Of a stretch of DNA of 64,000 nt, positions 30,566 through 40,879 are shown piece after piece. Source of the stretch: Tubiluchus corallicola (Eukaryota > Animalia > Priapulida); contig JAQGDQ010002369.1 in the NCBI GenBank assembly GCA_030141605.1, positions 248,001 through 312,000 of the forward strand, read 5' to 3'. Position numbers and translations under genes: made by a program. Under the pieces are notes generated by a model. It was not told where the DNA came from and did not search any database. It saw only the letters and a program-made list of their open reading frames with translations. Within the stretch, counting starts at the first letter, position 1, and every line of letters begins with the position of its first letter.

Positions 30566-31154
30566 ATGAAACAGGTTTTTTCTTTGATATGGGTCGTTGC
30601 TCTATCTCTTTTCACATCTTGCCAGCAGCAGCAAGATCCTCTTTTGTCTATTTGTAAAAATGCGGCAGCTGATAGTTACGATCCCAATTTCAAAGTTTGG
30701 TGCCCCAGTCAGGAAGAAGACTATTTTGTCCCCGTTCATTATGGATGTCCTCCAGAAGGAAAGGGAATTTCACCGCCTATTTCCTGGAGTGGGATCCCTG
30801 AAAGGTCTACTCATCTCCGAGTGATCGTCGAGGATGCCCTGCACATATATGTGTGATCCTTGCTGTAAATTCCACCACTGGATTTTAGACTTTCCCATTA
30901 GTGAACTAAGGTCATACGCAGTCATCACGCGGCATGGAATCATTGAAGGGGCTTCCAAAGATCCTCTGGTCCAAAAATATACTCTTCCCAATTCGATCAA
31001 CAAGAAAGAATACATGCCTTTTTGTCCTCCTAAAATTCAAACCCATGCTTATGTCTACAAGCTGATCGCTTACAAAAAAGATAACGGCAAAATTATCATT
31101 ACGGGAAGATCGCAAAGCATGCCGCTTCTCTTCTCTTTAGAAGGCCACCATTGA
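30566..31154 (+). pseudogene. YbhB/YbcL (PEBP-like) lipoprotein, frameshifted near 30838
   Basis: lipobox FTSC, GISPPISWSGIP..VEDA / FHHWI..YMPFCPP..HAYVYKL. Confidence 0.7.
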
Positions 31155-31207
31155 TTGTATTCAATGAACAATTGAATTAGGATATGTCTCCCATTTCTGG
31201 AGACGCT

Positions 31208-31669
31208 ATGAGATTGATTATTTTCTTTCTTTTGATTTCTCTATCTTCCGCCTATGCATGTCCCTTCTGCAATCCGGAAGTGATCAAGAAACAGATCGTT
31301 TACGATGAAAAGAGTGTCTTTGTCCTATACTGTTTGACTCCTGCGACAAAAGGGAATGTCCTCGTTATCCCTAAAAGGCATATCACACGATTTGAAGATC
31401 TCAATCATCAGGAAATGATGGAGATCCAGGATGTCATTAACAAAATGGCCCAATCTTTCAAAGATGTCTACGATCTCGATGATTATGTAATCATCCAGAA
31501 AAATGGAGCTCTAGCAGGGCAGTCTGTCTCTCATATTCATTTTCACCTGATTCCTACCTCTGTTCCTTTTGACCAAATCGTTGAAAAGGCATTTCATTAT
31601 CGCGAAAAGCTAACTGATGAAGAGATGCAACTCGAAAGAAGTGATCTTTTAAAATACTTTCAATCGTAG
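31208..31669 (+). CDS. HIT family hydrolase
   Basis: CPFC, VIPKRH, AGQSVSHIHFHLIP. Confidence 0.9.
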   Translation: MRLIIFFLLISLSSAYACPFCNPEVIKKQIVYDEKSVFVLYCLTPATKGNVLVIPKRHITRFEDLNHQEMMEIQDVINKMAQSFKDVYDLDDYVIIQKNGALAGQSVSHIHFHLIPTSVPFDQIVEKAFHYREKLTDEEMQLERSDLLKYFQS

Positions 31670-31672
31670 ATT

Positions 31673-32191
31673 TTAGTCGGCACAGGGGCCCAGTCCGCAC
31701 TCCATGAAAGTGGTAACAATATTGGCTAGGGCGAGCAGGAACATGAGAATAAAAGCAAATTTCTCATGTGAGCTGAGTTTTAGGCGGGTATTGGTGTCTT
31801 TGGGCAAATAGAGAAAGAGAAGTAATGCTATTCCCAGAATAGAAGCAGCAAAGACGAAAAAGGCCCAGGCGTATAGTTCGAATCCCCATACACGATTTCC
31901 AAATGTTGGAAAACCGGGACAAATATGAAGGCAGATCTGCCTTAGTGAAACGGCTCCACCAAAGAAACATCCAAGGATTGATAAGCCATAGTGGAGAGGT
32001 TGGATTCCGAACCAGAGATTGAGCATAGGGCCAATAGACACAGCGATCATCGAAAGGCGTTGAAGTTCGCAAAGAGGGCAGGGTGTTTGATGCTGGGTGA
32101 ATTGATAAATATAGGCTCCGATCAGCACAAAGGAGAGAATATAGATCCAGAGGACATTCAAAAACCGGGATAGATAATATCGGGCGCTCAT
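31673..32191 (-). CDS. disulfide bond formation protein B family
   Basis: PCPLCELQR, RQICLHICP, TM helices. Confidence 0.8.
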   Translation of the reverse strand: MSARYYLSRFLNVLWIYILSFVLIGAYIYQFTQHQTPCPLCELQRLSMIAVSIGPMLNLWFGIQPLHYGLSILGCFFGGAVSLRQICLHICPGFPTFGNRVWGFELYAWAFFVFAASILGIALLLFLYLPKDTNTRLKLSSHEKFAFILMFLLALANIVTTFMECGLGPCAD

Positions 32192-32343
32192 AACCGGACC
32201 CCCAGAGTGCTCGTTGCATGATAGATCAACATGAAAGAGCAGAGAACAAGAGTGCCAAAAGTCAAAACAATTGCCGTTTTCCGGTATCCTGTCCAAATGA
32301 AAACGATTGCAACTGCAAAAAGTAAAAAAAGTCCTGCCATCAT
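32188..32343 (-). CDS. small membrane protein coupled to DsbB-like gene (DUF5993-like)
   Basis: 51 aa MMAGLFLLF..YHATSTLGVRL, ATGA overlap; below ORF-track cutoff. Confidence 0.6.
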   Translation of the reverse strand: MMAGLFLLFAVAIVFIWTGYRKTAIVLTFGTLVLCSFMLIYHATSTLGVRL

Positions 32344-32443
32344 CAGTTTAAATGAATAAAATTTTTGATGAATTCTTTCAAGTTGAAATTGGCTTTAAAG
32401 GAGTCCTGGCTTATGATACTCCAATTTTTCGTGAGGATTCATT

Positions 32444-33124
32444 ATGTCTATCATTCTACCTTTACTAGCTATAGGAGGAGTCATGTTACCCCAAGACAAT
32501 CCAAATTTACCTCAAGACAATCCAAATCCATTCGTTCCGATGAACCATCCCATTTTACATCAGAAAGTCGCAGAAGTTCCTGTAGAAGAAATAAAAAGTG
32601 CAAAAATTCAAGAAACCATTGATTACATGTTGAGTCTTTCCAAGGGAGAGAGGACAGATGCGGACAAAAAGATCATGGTTGGCCTGGCAGCTCCTCAAAT
32701 CGGGATTGATTTACGCATTATTATCGTCGATCTCGTTACAGGTGCTGATCGAAAAGATATAGAACATGACCTTCAGGCTTTCATCAACCCGAAAATAACC
32801 TGGGCCTCTGAGGAAATGGACAGGGGAAGAGAGGGGTGTTATTCTGCCGGCGATTATGGAGGTATTGTTCCAAGGTCTGTATCTGTACGAATTTCAGCCT
32901 ACGATCGTGATGGGAATCTGATTGAAAAAAAGTTTGACGGTTTTACAGCCCGAATTTTCCAACATGAGATCGATCATCTGAACGGGATACGGTTTCCAGA
33001 CCGGCTTGAAGAAGGAGACGAGCTTCATATTGAGCACGAAGAAGACTATCCTGAGTATCGACAGCATTGGGAGCACTGGCATAAAACCATTTCTTTAGAG
33101 GAGTGGAAAAAGCTCAGCGAATAA
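32444..33124 (+). CDS. def: peptide deformylase
   Basis: GLAAPQIG, EGCYS, QHEIDHLNG. Confidence 0.9.
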   Translation: MSIILPLLAIGGVMLPQDNPNLPQDNPNPFVPMNHPILHQKVAEVPVEEIKSAKIQETIDYMLSLSKGERTDADKKIMVGLAAPQIGIDLRIIIVDLVTGADRKDIEHDLQAFINPKITWASEEMDRGREGCYSAGDYGGIVPRSVSVRISAYDRDGNLIEKKFDGFTARIFQHEIDHLNGIRFPDRLEEGDELHIEHEEDYPEYRQHWEHWHKTISLEEWKKLSE

Positions 33125-33237
33125 CTCGTCCTCCTCTCATTTTTCCTATTTTCAGACGAATTAAATAAAAAGACTTTTAATTTAATTCTAATCTCTGCTT
33201 TCTTGAATTTTATGTTCTTTTTAATATAATTGGGTTT

Positions 33238-33912
33238 ATGTCTGATTTAAATTTAGCAGTGTCTGATATGAGTGCAGCAGAAAAAAAATCCTTTACACCT
33301 ACAAAGTATGATCCCATATTTTTTGAGAAATTTGGAATTCAAACTTCTATTGTATATGTCAATGATCTGATCTTGGAAAATGGTCTGGAAAAGAAATTTC
33401 AGAAGGATTGGAGTGCGTTTTATAAAAAACATAAAAAACGTGTTCTAAACTGGAGAGAAAAAAGATTTCAGGCTCTACTGAATAAGATCCAAAAAAATGG
33501 TTCAGATGAAGAGTATTGCAAGAGAATCGAAATCCGTTACATCGATCGTGAAATAGGGTACGGTGTTTTTGCCAAAGAGGATATTCCGGCCAATTCTATT
33601 CTGAATCACTATGCTGGCATTCTAAGACTGGATGATAAAATCGAAGATGGGAATGACAGTACATTCACCTTTGAAGATTTTACCAAGTTCTCTATCGATG
33701 CGGTCCAAGCAGGTAATTGGACCCGTTTCATGAATCATACCGATGAATCAGCTGCCAATGTCGCTGCCTGGGAATACTATACCGAAGATGGTCCAAGGAT
33801 TGTCTTTTCGGCAAAGTCAAAGGGAATCAAAAAAGGCGACCAGCTTCTCTACTCTTACGGAGAAGAATACTGGGAAGAAGACGAAGTCTTCACGAAAGAA
33901 TTCGATCTCTAA
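33238..33912 (+). CDS. SET domain protein (lysine methyltransferase)
   Basis: IGYGVFA, YAG, GNWTRFMNH, QLLYSYG. Confidence 0.9.
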   Translation: MSDLNLAVSDMSAAEKKSFTPTKYDPIFFEKFGIQTSIVYVNDLILENGLEKKFQKDWSAFYKKHKKRVLNWREKRFQALLNKIQKNGSDEEYCKRIEIRYIDREIGYGVFAKEDIPANSILNHYAGILRLDDKIEDGNDSTFTFEDFTKFSIDAVQAGNWTRFMNHTDESAANVAAWEYYTEDGPRIVFSAKSKGIKKGDQLLYSYGEEYWEEDEVFTKEFDL

Positions 33913-33979
33913 GATTTATCCATAAAAGCAAAAGTTCACCCCTTTTTCCGGAAAAAGGAAAAAAAGGCGAACTTAGTGC

Positions 33980-34486
33980 TTACTTCACAGATGCTGTTTT
34001 TTGAGCAAAGATATGCTGAGACAATCTTTTTGTAGGAGCTTCTTTTGGAGAAATACGCACAGCTAGGATATCGCATCTTGCATTTTGCAAAATGCTGTTG
34101 GCCGTAGAGCCGAAAAGCATAAGGCCCAAGCCGTGGCGTCCATGGCTTCCTACAATCACGAGATCCGCATTGATGTCTTTGGCTGTGTGAAGAATAGCAT
34201 CCATTGTTTGGCCGATGTGGAGATGACGGCGTTCAGCAGGAACGTTGAGGCTTTCGCCTAAATCGTTCAACTTTTTCACGGCCGTATTTTCCACTTCCTG
34301 TTGCCAATCAACAGTGTCTTCCACTTCCCAAGGTGCTCCACCATAAGTATAAAAATACTCTATGACATGGACCAGACTAATGTCTGCTCCGGTTGCCTTG
34401 GAAATTTCCAATGCTCTCTCAAGCACAAGATCATCATCTTTTTTGATGAGATCTGCAGCAACTAATATATGTTCATATTTTTGCAT
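33980..34486 (-). CDS. universal stress protein
   Basis: YEHILVAAD, DLVIVGSHGRHG, GSTANSIL..CDILAV. Confidence 0.9.
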   Translation of the reverse strand: MQKYEHILVAADLIKKDDDLVLERALEISKATGADISLVHVIEYFYTYGGAPWEVEDTVDWQQEVENTAVKKLNDLGESLNVPAERRHLHIGQTMDAILHTAKDINADLVIVGSHGRHGLGLMLFGSTANSILQNARCDILAVRISPKEAPTKRLSQHIFAQKTASVK

Positions 34487-34604
34487 GATTACACCTCTCC
34501 CTTTAAGGTTGGCTCTTCGCAGAGTAAAACTCCTTTTTAATCTCTGCAAGGGGGTTTTGAAAAAAAAGTTTCGAATGTTCTTCTGTACATATCTTGGGAC
34601 AGAG

Positions 34605-35900
34605 TTAAGGTCGCAAAACATGGACTTCATGCTGTTGGCGGCAATAGGTCTCACGGATGGCGAAAAGGGCAATAAAAAATGCAATGGCGAATAAGAAAGG
34701 CATGACAGAGAGGCCTCTTGTGAAACTCTCCAATGGATAGAGGCGAATATTCGAATGCTGAATATTTTTAGCGGATGACTGGATGATAGAACTTGCTAAA
34801 GGGGGGGGGGGGGCGACTGCAAAAAAAGTGATTGCAGTATTGTTCAGGCCAAGTGCAGCGCCATGAAGTTTGGTTGGAACATGTTCCGAAATCGTCGCAA
34901 AAGAAAGGCTTTGTCCAGCACTGGCAATTCCAAGAACGAGAAAAGTGATGCTGAGCCAAAGTTTTTCATGGACAGGCACATATAAAACAATCATCGATAT
35001 GCCAATTCCCAAAAGAGCGCAAAAGAAAAGAAGCGGTTTTCGTCTTTTCATTTTGTCAGAAATTTTTCCCCAAAGAGGACATCCAATAGCCATCCCTAAC
35101 CAGAGCATTGAAGTAACAAAAGCGGCCGAAGAGTGGTCAAGACCCCGTTTCATCAAGTAGGTCGTTCCCCAAACTGCGCCGAGCAGAGGTAGGGACGCGT
35201 ATATGCAAGCGGCGTAAAAAATGACCCACCAGGTCTGGGGAATTTTGAGAAGGAGGGCGATCCGTTTTTTTAGCGATTCATGAGGATTGAGAAAAATGAT
35301 CTGGTTTTCCTTTCCTTTGGATTTGTTACGGACGAAAAATCCGATCGAAAAAGAAAGAGCAATACCGAATATTCCCAACCATAAAAGGATCAACCGCCAA
35401 TTGTTATCCACTTTGCCTAATAGGTAAACAAGAGGAGCTCCAGCTAGTATAGGTCCGACTGCACCAAGGAATTGGGCAAGTCCGGCGAAAAGTCCAAATT
35501 GTCGTCTTGGAAACCAGTTTAACGCTAAAACAAGGAGCCCTACAAAAGCAAAAGAAGCTCCCAACCCCATCATCATACGGCTTAGGAAAGCAGAATAGAA
35601 GCTGTGGGCAAAAGAGATCCAAAATACCCCAAGGGCACAAAGAAAAGCAGCGATCGCGAGAAGTCGTCTTGCGCCATATCGATCGACTAGAACATCAACC
35701 GGGGTCTGCATTATAGAATAGGTTATATAATAGGCAGATCCGATCAAAGAAAACTCCTCTGCATTCAGATGTATGCTTTTCATAAAATCCTGTGCAATAG
35801 TCCCTAAAAATACACCGAGGAAGAATTCATAGAAGTAAAAGAGAATGGCTAAAGACCAGATAAAAAGAGCAAAGGGGATGACTTTTTTCTCTTTATTCAT
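34605..35900 (-). CDS. MFS transporter
   Basis: FYFYEF, LVDRYGARR, GKISDKMKRRK. Confidence 0.88.
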   Translation of the reverse strand: MNKEKKVIPFALFIWSLAILFYFYEFFLGVFLGTIAQDFMKSIHLNAEEFSLIGSAYYITYSIMQTPVDVLVDRYGARRLLAIAAFLCALGVFWISFAHSFYSAFLSRMMMGLGASFAFVGLLVLALNWFPRRQFGLFAGLAQFLGAVGPILAGAPLVYLLGKVDNNWRLILLWLGIFGIALSFSIGFFVRNKSKGKENQIIFLNPHESLKKRIALLLKIPQTWWVIFYAACIYASLPLLGAVWGTTYLMKRGLDHSSAAFVTSMLWLGMAIGCPLWGKISDKMKRRKPLLFFCALLGIGISMIVLYVPVHEKLWLSITFLVLGIASAGQSLSFATISEHVPTKLHGAALGLNNTAITFFAVAPPPPLASSIIQSSAKNIQHSNIRLYPLESFTRGLSVMPFLFAIAFFIALFAIRETYCRQQHEVHVLRP

Positions 35901-35915
35901 ACTTTGAGGATAGGT

Positions 35916-36932
35916 TTATTCAGGCTTGTTCGAAACTTCTGCATGCCACTCGTCAAGGGGAGCATTTTCTTCTTCTTTCGATTTTGCAATATGAAGAATC
36001 GGCTCTCCAGTGTTAATCAAAGGAAGACGGTTTTTGGAAATGATGACTCCTTCGACAGGGGAGATTACCTGATAGTTCTGACCTGTTCCGTAAGGATCTG
36101 TTATCTCTGCGATTAAGTCGCCCTTGGTTACATAGGCCCCTATTCTCTTGAAAATTTGGCAAAGGCCTGAACCTGGAGAACGGACCCAGTCAGTAGAACG
36201 TACGATCAAAGGTTCGATCAATTTTTTTTCCTGTTTTTGCATCGGGAGCATTCCTAAATCCCTCATTACTCGCAAAGTGCCTTTGACCCCAACTCGAATG
36301 GATAACTCATCGAGGCTCAAAGCTTCTCCCGCGTCGTAGATCAATGTGGGAATACCTTCTTCTTGATTCATTTGCCAAAGAAGGCCGCGTTTTGATTCTG
36401 TATGCAAGATGACAGGGGAACGGAACGATTGGGCCATTTTGAGTGTGTCTTCTCGGTCGATATTCGTATGGATTTGGGGAAATTTGTAGTTTCGGGGTTC
36501 TCCGGTGTGTATGTCGATGCAGTGGGTTGCCTTACTAAGAATTTCTTGAGAGAAAAGATGGGCAAGCCTTGAGGAAAAAGAGCCGGTTTTCGATCCTGGA
36601 AAACTTCCATCAAGGTCTCTACGGTCGGGGAGGTTGCGAGTTCCAGTGATCAATCCATAGATATTGATCGCAGGAACGGCAATTAAGGTGCCTCGCAAAG
36701 ATTTCAAAGGCCTGTAATTCAATAACTTGTGAATAATTACCACTCCATTCATCTCATCTCCGTGGATCGCGGCACAAAGCAGAAGACAAGGTCCCTGTTT
36801 TTTTCCATGAAACACATGGATGGGAATATGCATTGGGGCACAGGTATACAGTTCCGGAGTAGGAAGAGCTAGAGTCAGGCGCTCTCCAGGATGAATTTGA
36901 GTGTCACAAATTTGGAGAGGGGAGTTTTTCAT
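35916..36932 (-). CDS. succinylglutamate desuccinylase/aspartoacylase (M14) family protein
   Basis: AAIHGDEMNG, RNLPDRRDL, IDIHTG. Confidence 0.85.
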   Translation of the reverse strand: MKNSPLQICDTQIHPGERLTLALPTPELYTCAPMHIPIHVFHGKKQGPCLLLCAAIHGDEMNGVVIIHKLLNYRPLKSLRGTLIAVPAINIYGLITGTRNLPDRRDLDGSFPGSKTGSFSSRLAHLFSQEILSKATHCIDIHTGEPRNYKFPQIHTNIDREDTLKMAQSFRSPVILHTESKRGLLWQMNQEEGIPTLIYDAGEALSLDELSIRVGVKGTLRVMRDLGMLPMQKQEKKLIEPLIVRSTDWVRSPGSGLCQIFKRIGAYVTKGDLIAEITDPYGTGQNYQVISPVEGVIISKNRLPLINTGEPILHIAKSKEEENAPLDEWHAEVSNKPE

Positions 36933-37029
36933 TGATTGCCACTATACAGAATTCTGTCGAAAGATTCCACTATAAGAAAAAACGGCGAATCTATAGCCTT
37001 GGTACGCATTTTTTTAAAAGGAGAGTCCT

Positions 37030-37401
37030 ATGACTGCAAAAGGCATACGTCTTTCTTGGATTGTTGTTTCCGATTTGGAGAAAGCTATTCAGTTCTTTAC
37101 TGAGACTGTTGGGTTACAAGTAAGAGAAAAACATGATGAGTTCGGTTGGGCTGAGCTTATTGGATCCGATGGAGGTTCTGCATTGGGCATTGCTCAGACA
37201 AGCGAACAGGAGTTAATGAAGCCCGGGGAAAATGCCGTAGTGACAATCTCAGTCGAGAATATCGAAGAATCCTTCAAGAAAATGAAAGAGAAAGGGATGA
37301 AATTCATCGGGGACATTATTGAGATTCCGAACATGGTCAAAATGCAGCTTTTTGCTGATGACGATGATAACCGATTTCAATTGGTAGAAAGCCTTTCGTA
37401 G
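37030..37401 (+). CDS. VOC/glyoxalase family protein
   Basis: VSDLEKAIQFFTETVGL..FADDDDNRFQLVE. Confidence 0.85.
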   Translation: MTAKGIRLSWIVVSDLEKAIQFFTETVGLQVREKHDEFGWAELIGSDGGSALGIAQTSEQELMKPGENAVVTISVENIEESFKKMKEKGMKFIGDIIEIPNMVKMQLFADDDDNRFQLVESLS

Positions 37402-37418
37402 TTTCTTTGGAGGTACAT

Positions 37419-37670
37419 ATGTCTGTAGATTTTGGAAAATCGATTTGTGTCGAGTGCCATGATGAACAGGAGCGTAACAAGGCAGTCAATCAATATCCTG
37501 CTAAAGGATACAAGTTAACGAATGAACAAGTGGCTATGGTGGCTACTGGTGATGAAATCAATAATGAATTGAGACCTTGGACTATATTGACTTTTACACT
37601 CCCCGGGCCTGAAGGCAAACTAGCCGGCAGAGTCTCAAGCTTTCCTCCAGATAGTAAAAGAGGAGAGTGA
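37419..37670 (+). CDS. hypothetical protein
   Basis: GGAGGT RBS, 83-aa ORF. Confidence 0.45.
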   Translation: MSVDFGKSICVECHDEQERNKAVNQYPAKGYKLTNEQVAMVATGDEINNELRPWTILTFTLPGPEGKLAGRVSSFPPDSKRGE

Positions 37671-37974
37671 AAACTTTTCTTTTATACTTATTAATATTAG
37701 GGGAGAAAATGACAACAAGCTGGGGAATACTATTTTTGCAATTCGGTGCAACGATTACAGAACGCGAGAAGAACTAATTTAGACCTTATGGAATCGTAGG
37801 AATGTGTCTTTTCGGGATAGGGATGCTCTTCAGAGCAGGAATGAATGATACTTCTAATCACCTGAAGAGAGAAGCGCAGGACATCGAAGCAATTGCCAGA
37901 ACCATTCGATTTGAGACGAGAAAGGATACAGCCTCAGCTGCCTAGTTTTCTGAGTTTGGGCTGCGGATTGCAGC

Positions 37975-38754
37975 CTAAGCCGTTTTTCTTCTTTTCTTTT
38001 TTTGCTTGAGGCTTGCTTTGAGAGCGGCTTCCAGATCGTGGACTTTGGTCTTTTTCGGCTCTTTTCCTTTCACTTTGATTTTGTTGCCCGCTGCTTTTTG
38101 TTTGATGATCCTTTTAAGATCTTCTTCGTAGGTATCTTTGTGTTCTTCAGGATGAAACTCTTCTGTGAGCTGATCGATCAACTTAACGGCCATATCGATT
38201 TCTTTTGCAGATACTTTGACATCTTTAAATTCTGTATGGACAGGGCGGATTTCATCGACATACCGTAATTGATTGAGGATGATGACCTTTTTATACGCTT
38301 TGATCACAGCGAGATGCTCCCGGTTGCGTAGGACAAATCGGGCAATCCCGATTTTACCGGATTTTCGGAGAGCTTCTCTCAAAAGGACATAGGGTTTGAC
38401 GGTATCTTTGTCGGGCATGAGAAAGTAGGGCTTTTCAAAGAGAACGGAATCGACTTCCGCTTCATCTGCAAATCCCATCACATCGATTGTATGCGTTTTT
38501 TCAGCATTTGCTTTTTCGAAATCTTCATCGGTAAGGATCACGATCTTGTTCTTGGAGACTTCGAACCCTTTAACGATCTCCTTCCACGGAATTTCCTTTC
38601 CTTCTTTCACACAGATCCGGGCATAGCGGATCGCTCCCTTGTCTTTTTCATGGTAAAGATGGAAGTTGAACTGGTGTTCCCTGGTTCCGCTATGAAGGCG
38701 GACGGGCACATTGATCAGCCCAAAACTGAGGGTTCCTCTCCATAATGTCTGCAT
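37975..38754 (-). CDS. ku: non-homologous end joining protein Ku
   Basis: WRGTLSFGLINVPV, EIVKGFE, EKPYFL, DLEAALKASL plus basic tail. Confidence 0.93.
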   Translation of the reverse strand: MQTLWRGTLSFGLINVPVRLHSGTREHQFNFHLYHEKDKGAIRYARICVKEGKEIPWKEIVKGFEVSKNKIVILTDEDFEKANAEKTHTIDVMGFADEAEVDSVLFEKPYFLMPDKDTVKPYVLLREALRKSGKIGIARFVLRNREHLAVIKAYKKVIILNQLRYVDEIRPVHTEFKDVKVSAKEIDMAVKLIDQLTEEFHPEEHKDTYEEDLKRIIKQKAAGNKIKVKGKEPKKTKVHDLEAALKASLKQKKKRRKTA

Positions 38755-38798
38755 ATTTTCTCTATAAACAGAACGGAGGGTTGGATTCAAGAAGGGTT

Positions 38799-39530
38799 TT
38801 ATCTCAGATTGAGTTTCATTCCATCGTAGGCGATTACAACATCAACGTCTCTTTTTTCTGCAAATCCCTGAATGATCCTGAGAGATGTTTTTTCTCTTTT
38901 GACGATGTCTGATCCGCAATGGGTCACGATCATTTTCGGAACGCTTTCTTTTTTGCACCAGTAGAGTTGCTGACGCACATTGGTATGGCCGAAAATCTTT
39001 CCGGTTTCTTTGTCTTTGCGGACCATATTCCCCTGGACGGTCGCTCCATCGCCTATGTAGAGACGTACTCCTTTAAGTGCCTTTGCCTGTCTATGGATCC
39101 AGATGACATCGGGAACATAGAAGACAGATACTTTGCTTGCTGTAATTCGATATCCTACGGCTGGGCATTTGAGTGAATGAATCACATCGAACGCTTCAAA
39201 AGTGATCCCAGCGATTTTGATGGGTTTTCTTAGGGGTATGGTTTTTCTTTGCCGTTTTTCGATAGGGAAGTCATTGATCAGTTTCCACGTCTGTTTGGGA
39301 GCCCAGACCGTACATGGCGCTCCTTCATCCAGCCCATAGGCATGATCGGGATGAGCATGAGTGAGTACGATCTGATGGGGACGGAGTTTGAAGATCTTCT
39401 TTCTCCAGCTTTCCCCACAATCGATGAGGACTCTTTTGCCTCCGTGAGATACCATCATGCAGGTATGCATCTCATGTCGTTTGCTTCTTGGTTTGATATA
39501 GCCTTTGGTTCCGAGAAAAGTAAGTCTCAT
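38799..39530 (-). CDS. MBL-fold metallohydrolase
   Basis: LTFLGT, LIDCG, THAHPDH, HS..PAVGY, THCG. Confidence 0.88.
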   Translation of the reverse strand: MRLTFLGTKGYIKPRSKRHEMHTCMMVSHGGKRVLIDCGESWRKKIFKLRPHQIVLTHAHPDHAYGLDEGAPCTVWAPKQTWKLINDFPIEKRQRKTIPLRKPIKIAGITFEAFDVIHSLKCPAVGYRITASKVSVFYVPDVIWIHRQAKALKGVRLYIGDGATVQGNMVRKDKETGKIFGHTNVRQQLYWCKKESVPKMIVTHCGSDIVKREKTSLRIIQGFAEKRDVDVVIAYDGMKLNLR

Positions 39531-40408
39531 TCTTTTGCTATTTTCTTTGCGTTTTTCTTTTCAAAATAGATCGAGAGAACCCCTCCGCAGATCACCAGGG
39601 CCATTCCGATGAAAGAGAACAGGCCAGGGATATGATCCCAAATCAGCCATCCTATGATTCCTGAAAAGAGAACAGTCGTATAGGCGAGGGGAGCAAAAGT
39701 AGAAGCGTCGCCATGCTTGAAAGAGTATGTGATTAGCATTTGAGCCAGATACATGAAAATACCGACTCCAAGAATCAGCATCCAGTCTCGAAAAGAAGGA
39801 GTACTCCAGTCGAAAAAGGCAAAGGGAGCAGTAACGATGATGCCGAAGAGGAAATATATGAAAAGAATCCGGTTCGTCGGTTCGGTTGTAGCAAGCCTTC
39901 GGATCGAAACTAGAGATATTCCCAAGAGCATTCCGGAAACAAGTCCCCATATTAACCCGAGATGAAGCGCATTTTCTCCAGGTTTGAGAATAAAAATAAT
40001 ACCGATGAACCCAAGCTCCATACCCCACCAGAGTTTGGGATTGATCCGGATCCGAAGCCAGATGAGAATGACCAGAGGAATCCATAAGGGAGCGGTATTT
40101 TGCAGGAGCATTGCATCGACGAGAGCAATGCTCTTAAGAGAAATGAAGAGAGTGAAAAAGCTCGCAATGCCTGTGAAGTCCCGAATAAGATGGAGTCCGA
40201 TTCGTTTGGTCTTGAGGTGGGAAAAACCTTCTTTGGCAACTCTTGGAACAGTAAAAACAAAGCAGATGACATTCTGAAAGAAAAGAACGGTTGCGACGTG
40301 AATATGATTTGTGACGAGTTTGGAGCATGCACCCATCGCAGCAATAAAAAAATAGCCGATGGTACAGATAACAGCGCCAAAAATCAGGTTCTGTTTCTTG
40401 GGTAGCAT
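39527..40408 (-). CDS. DMT/EamA transporter
   Basis: LQNTAPLW, ILKPG, APLAYT, about 10 TM. Confidence 0.88.
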   Translation of the reverse strand: MLPKKQNLIFGAVICTIGYFFIAAMGACSKLVTNHIHVATVLFFQNVICFVFTVPRVAKEGFSHLKTKRIGLHLIRDFTGIASFFTLFISLKSIALVDAMLLQNTAPLWIPLVILIWLRIRINPKLWWGMELGFIGIIFILKPGENALHLGLIWGLVSGMLLGISLVSIRRLATTEPTNRILFIYFLFGIIVTAPFAFFDWSTPSFRDWMLILGVGIFMYLAQMLITYSFKHGDASTFAPLAYTTVLFSGIIGWLIWDHIPGLFSFIGMALVICGGVLSIYFEKKNAKKIAKE

Positions 40409-40449
40409 GAAATACTCTTTTCTTTATCCCATGCCATGATTTCTTATTA

Positions 40450-40879
40450 TTATCTAGTGTCGCTTCCGAGGAATTGCAGGATAATCTGACGGTCCCTTCC
40501 CTGAGTGTCCAGCTCAAGGAAGATGACTTGCTGCCAAGTTCCCAAAGTGAGCTTGCCCTGGATGAAGGGAATTGTGAGTGAGGGACCCAGAAGAGTTGCT
40601 TTCACATGGGAGCGCCCATTGTCATCATGCCAAGTCTGGTGATGAGCCATAATCGATGCTTTTGGGAGCAATACGCTCAAGAGCCTCAGGAACGTCTTTG
40701 AGAAGTCCTGGTTCATATTCTATCGTTGAGATTGCACCTGTACTATGAGTGCAAAACACTGTAACGATGCCATCTTGTAATTTTATGGAGGAGAGAATCT
40801 CTTCAATAGAAGAAGTGAGGTCGATGATATCTCCTTCTTTTTTTGTCTTTACTGTGATCTTCTCTGAAACGATATTCAT
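40450..40879 (-). pseudogene. yjbQ: YjbQ (UPF0047) family protein, +1 frameshift near 40648
   Basis: HSTGAISTIEYEPGL / HDDNGRSHVKATLLGPS..LGTWQQV. Confidence 0.85.

Noticed and set aside
37709-37945. Small ORF remnant with RBS and in-frame TAA
   Set aside because: No recognisable homology and too short to support as a feature.
37975-38754. Phage Mu Gam-like or prophage-borne Ku
   Set aside because: It is a full-length bacterial Ku with a basic tail in a non-phage neighbourhood.
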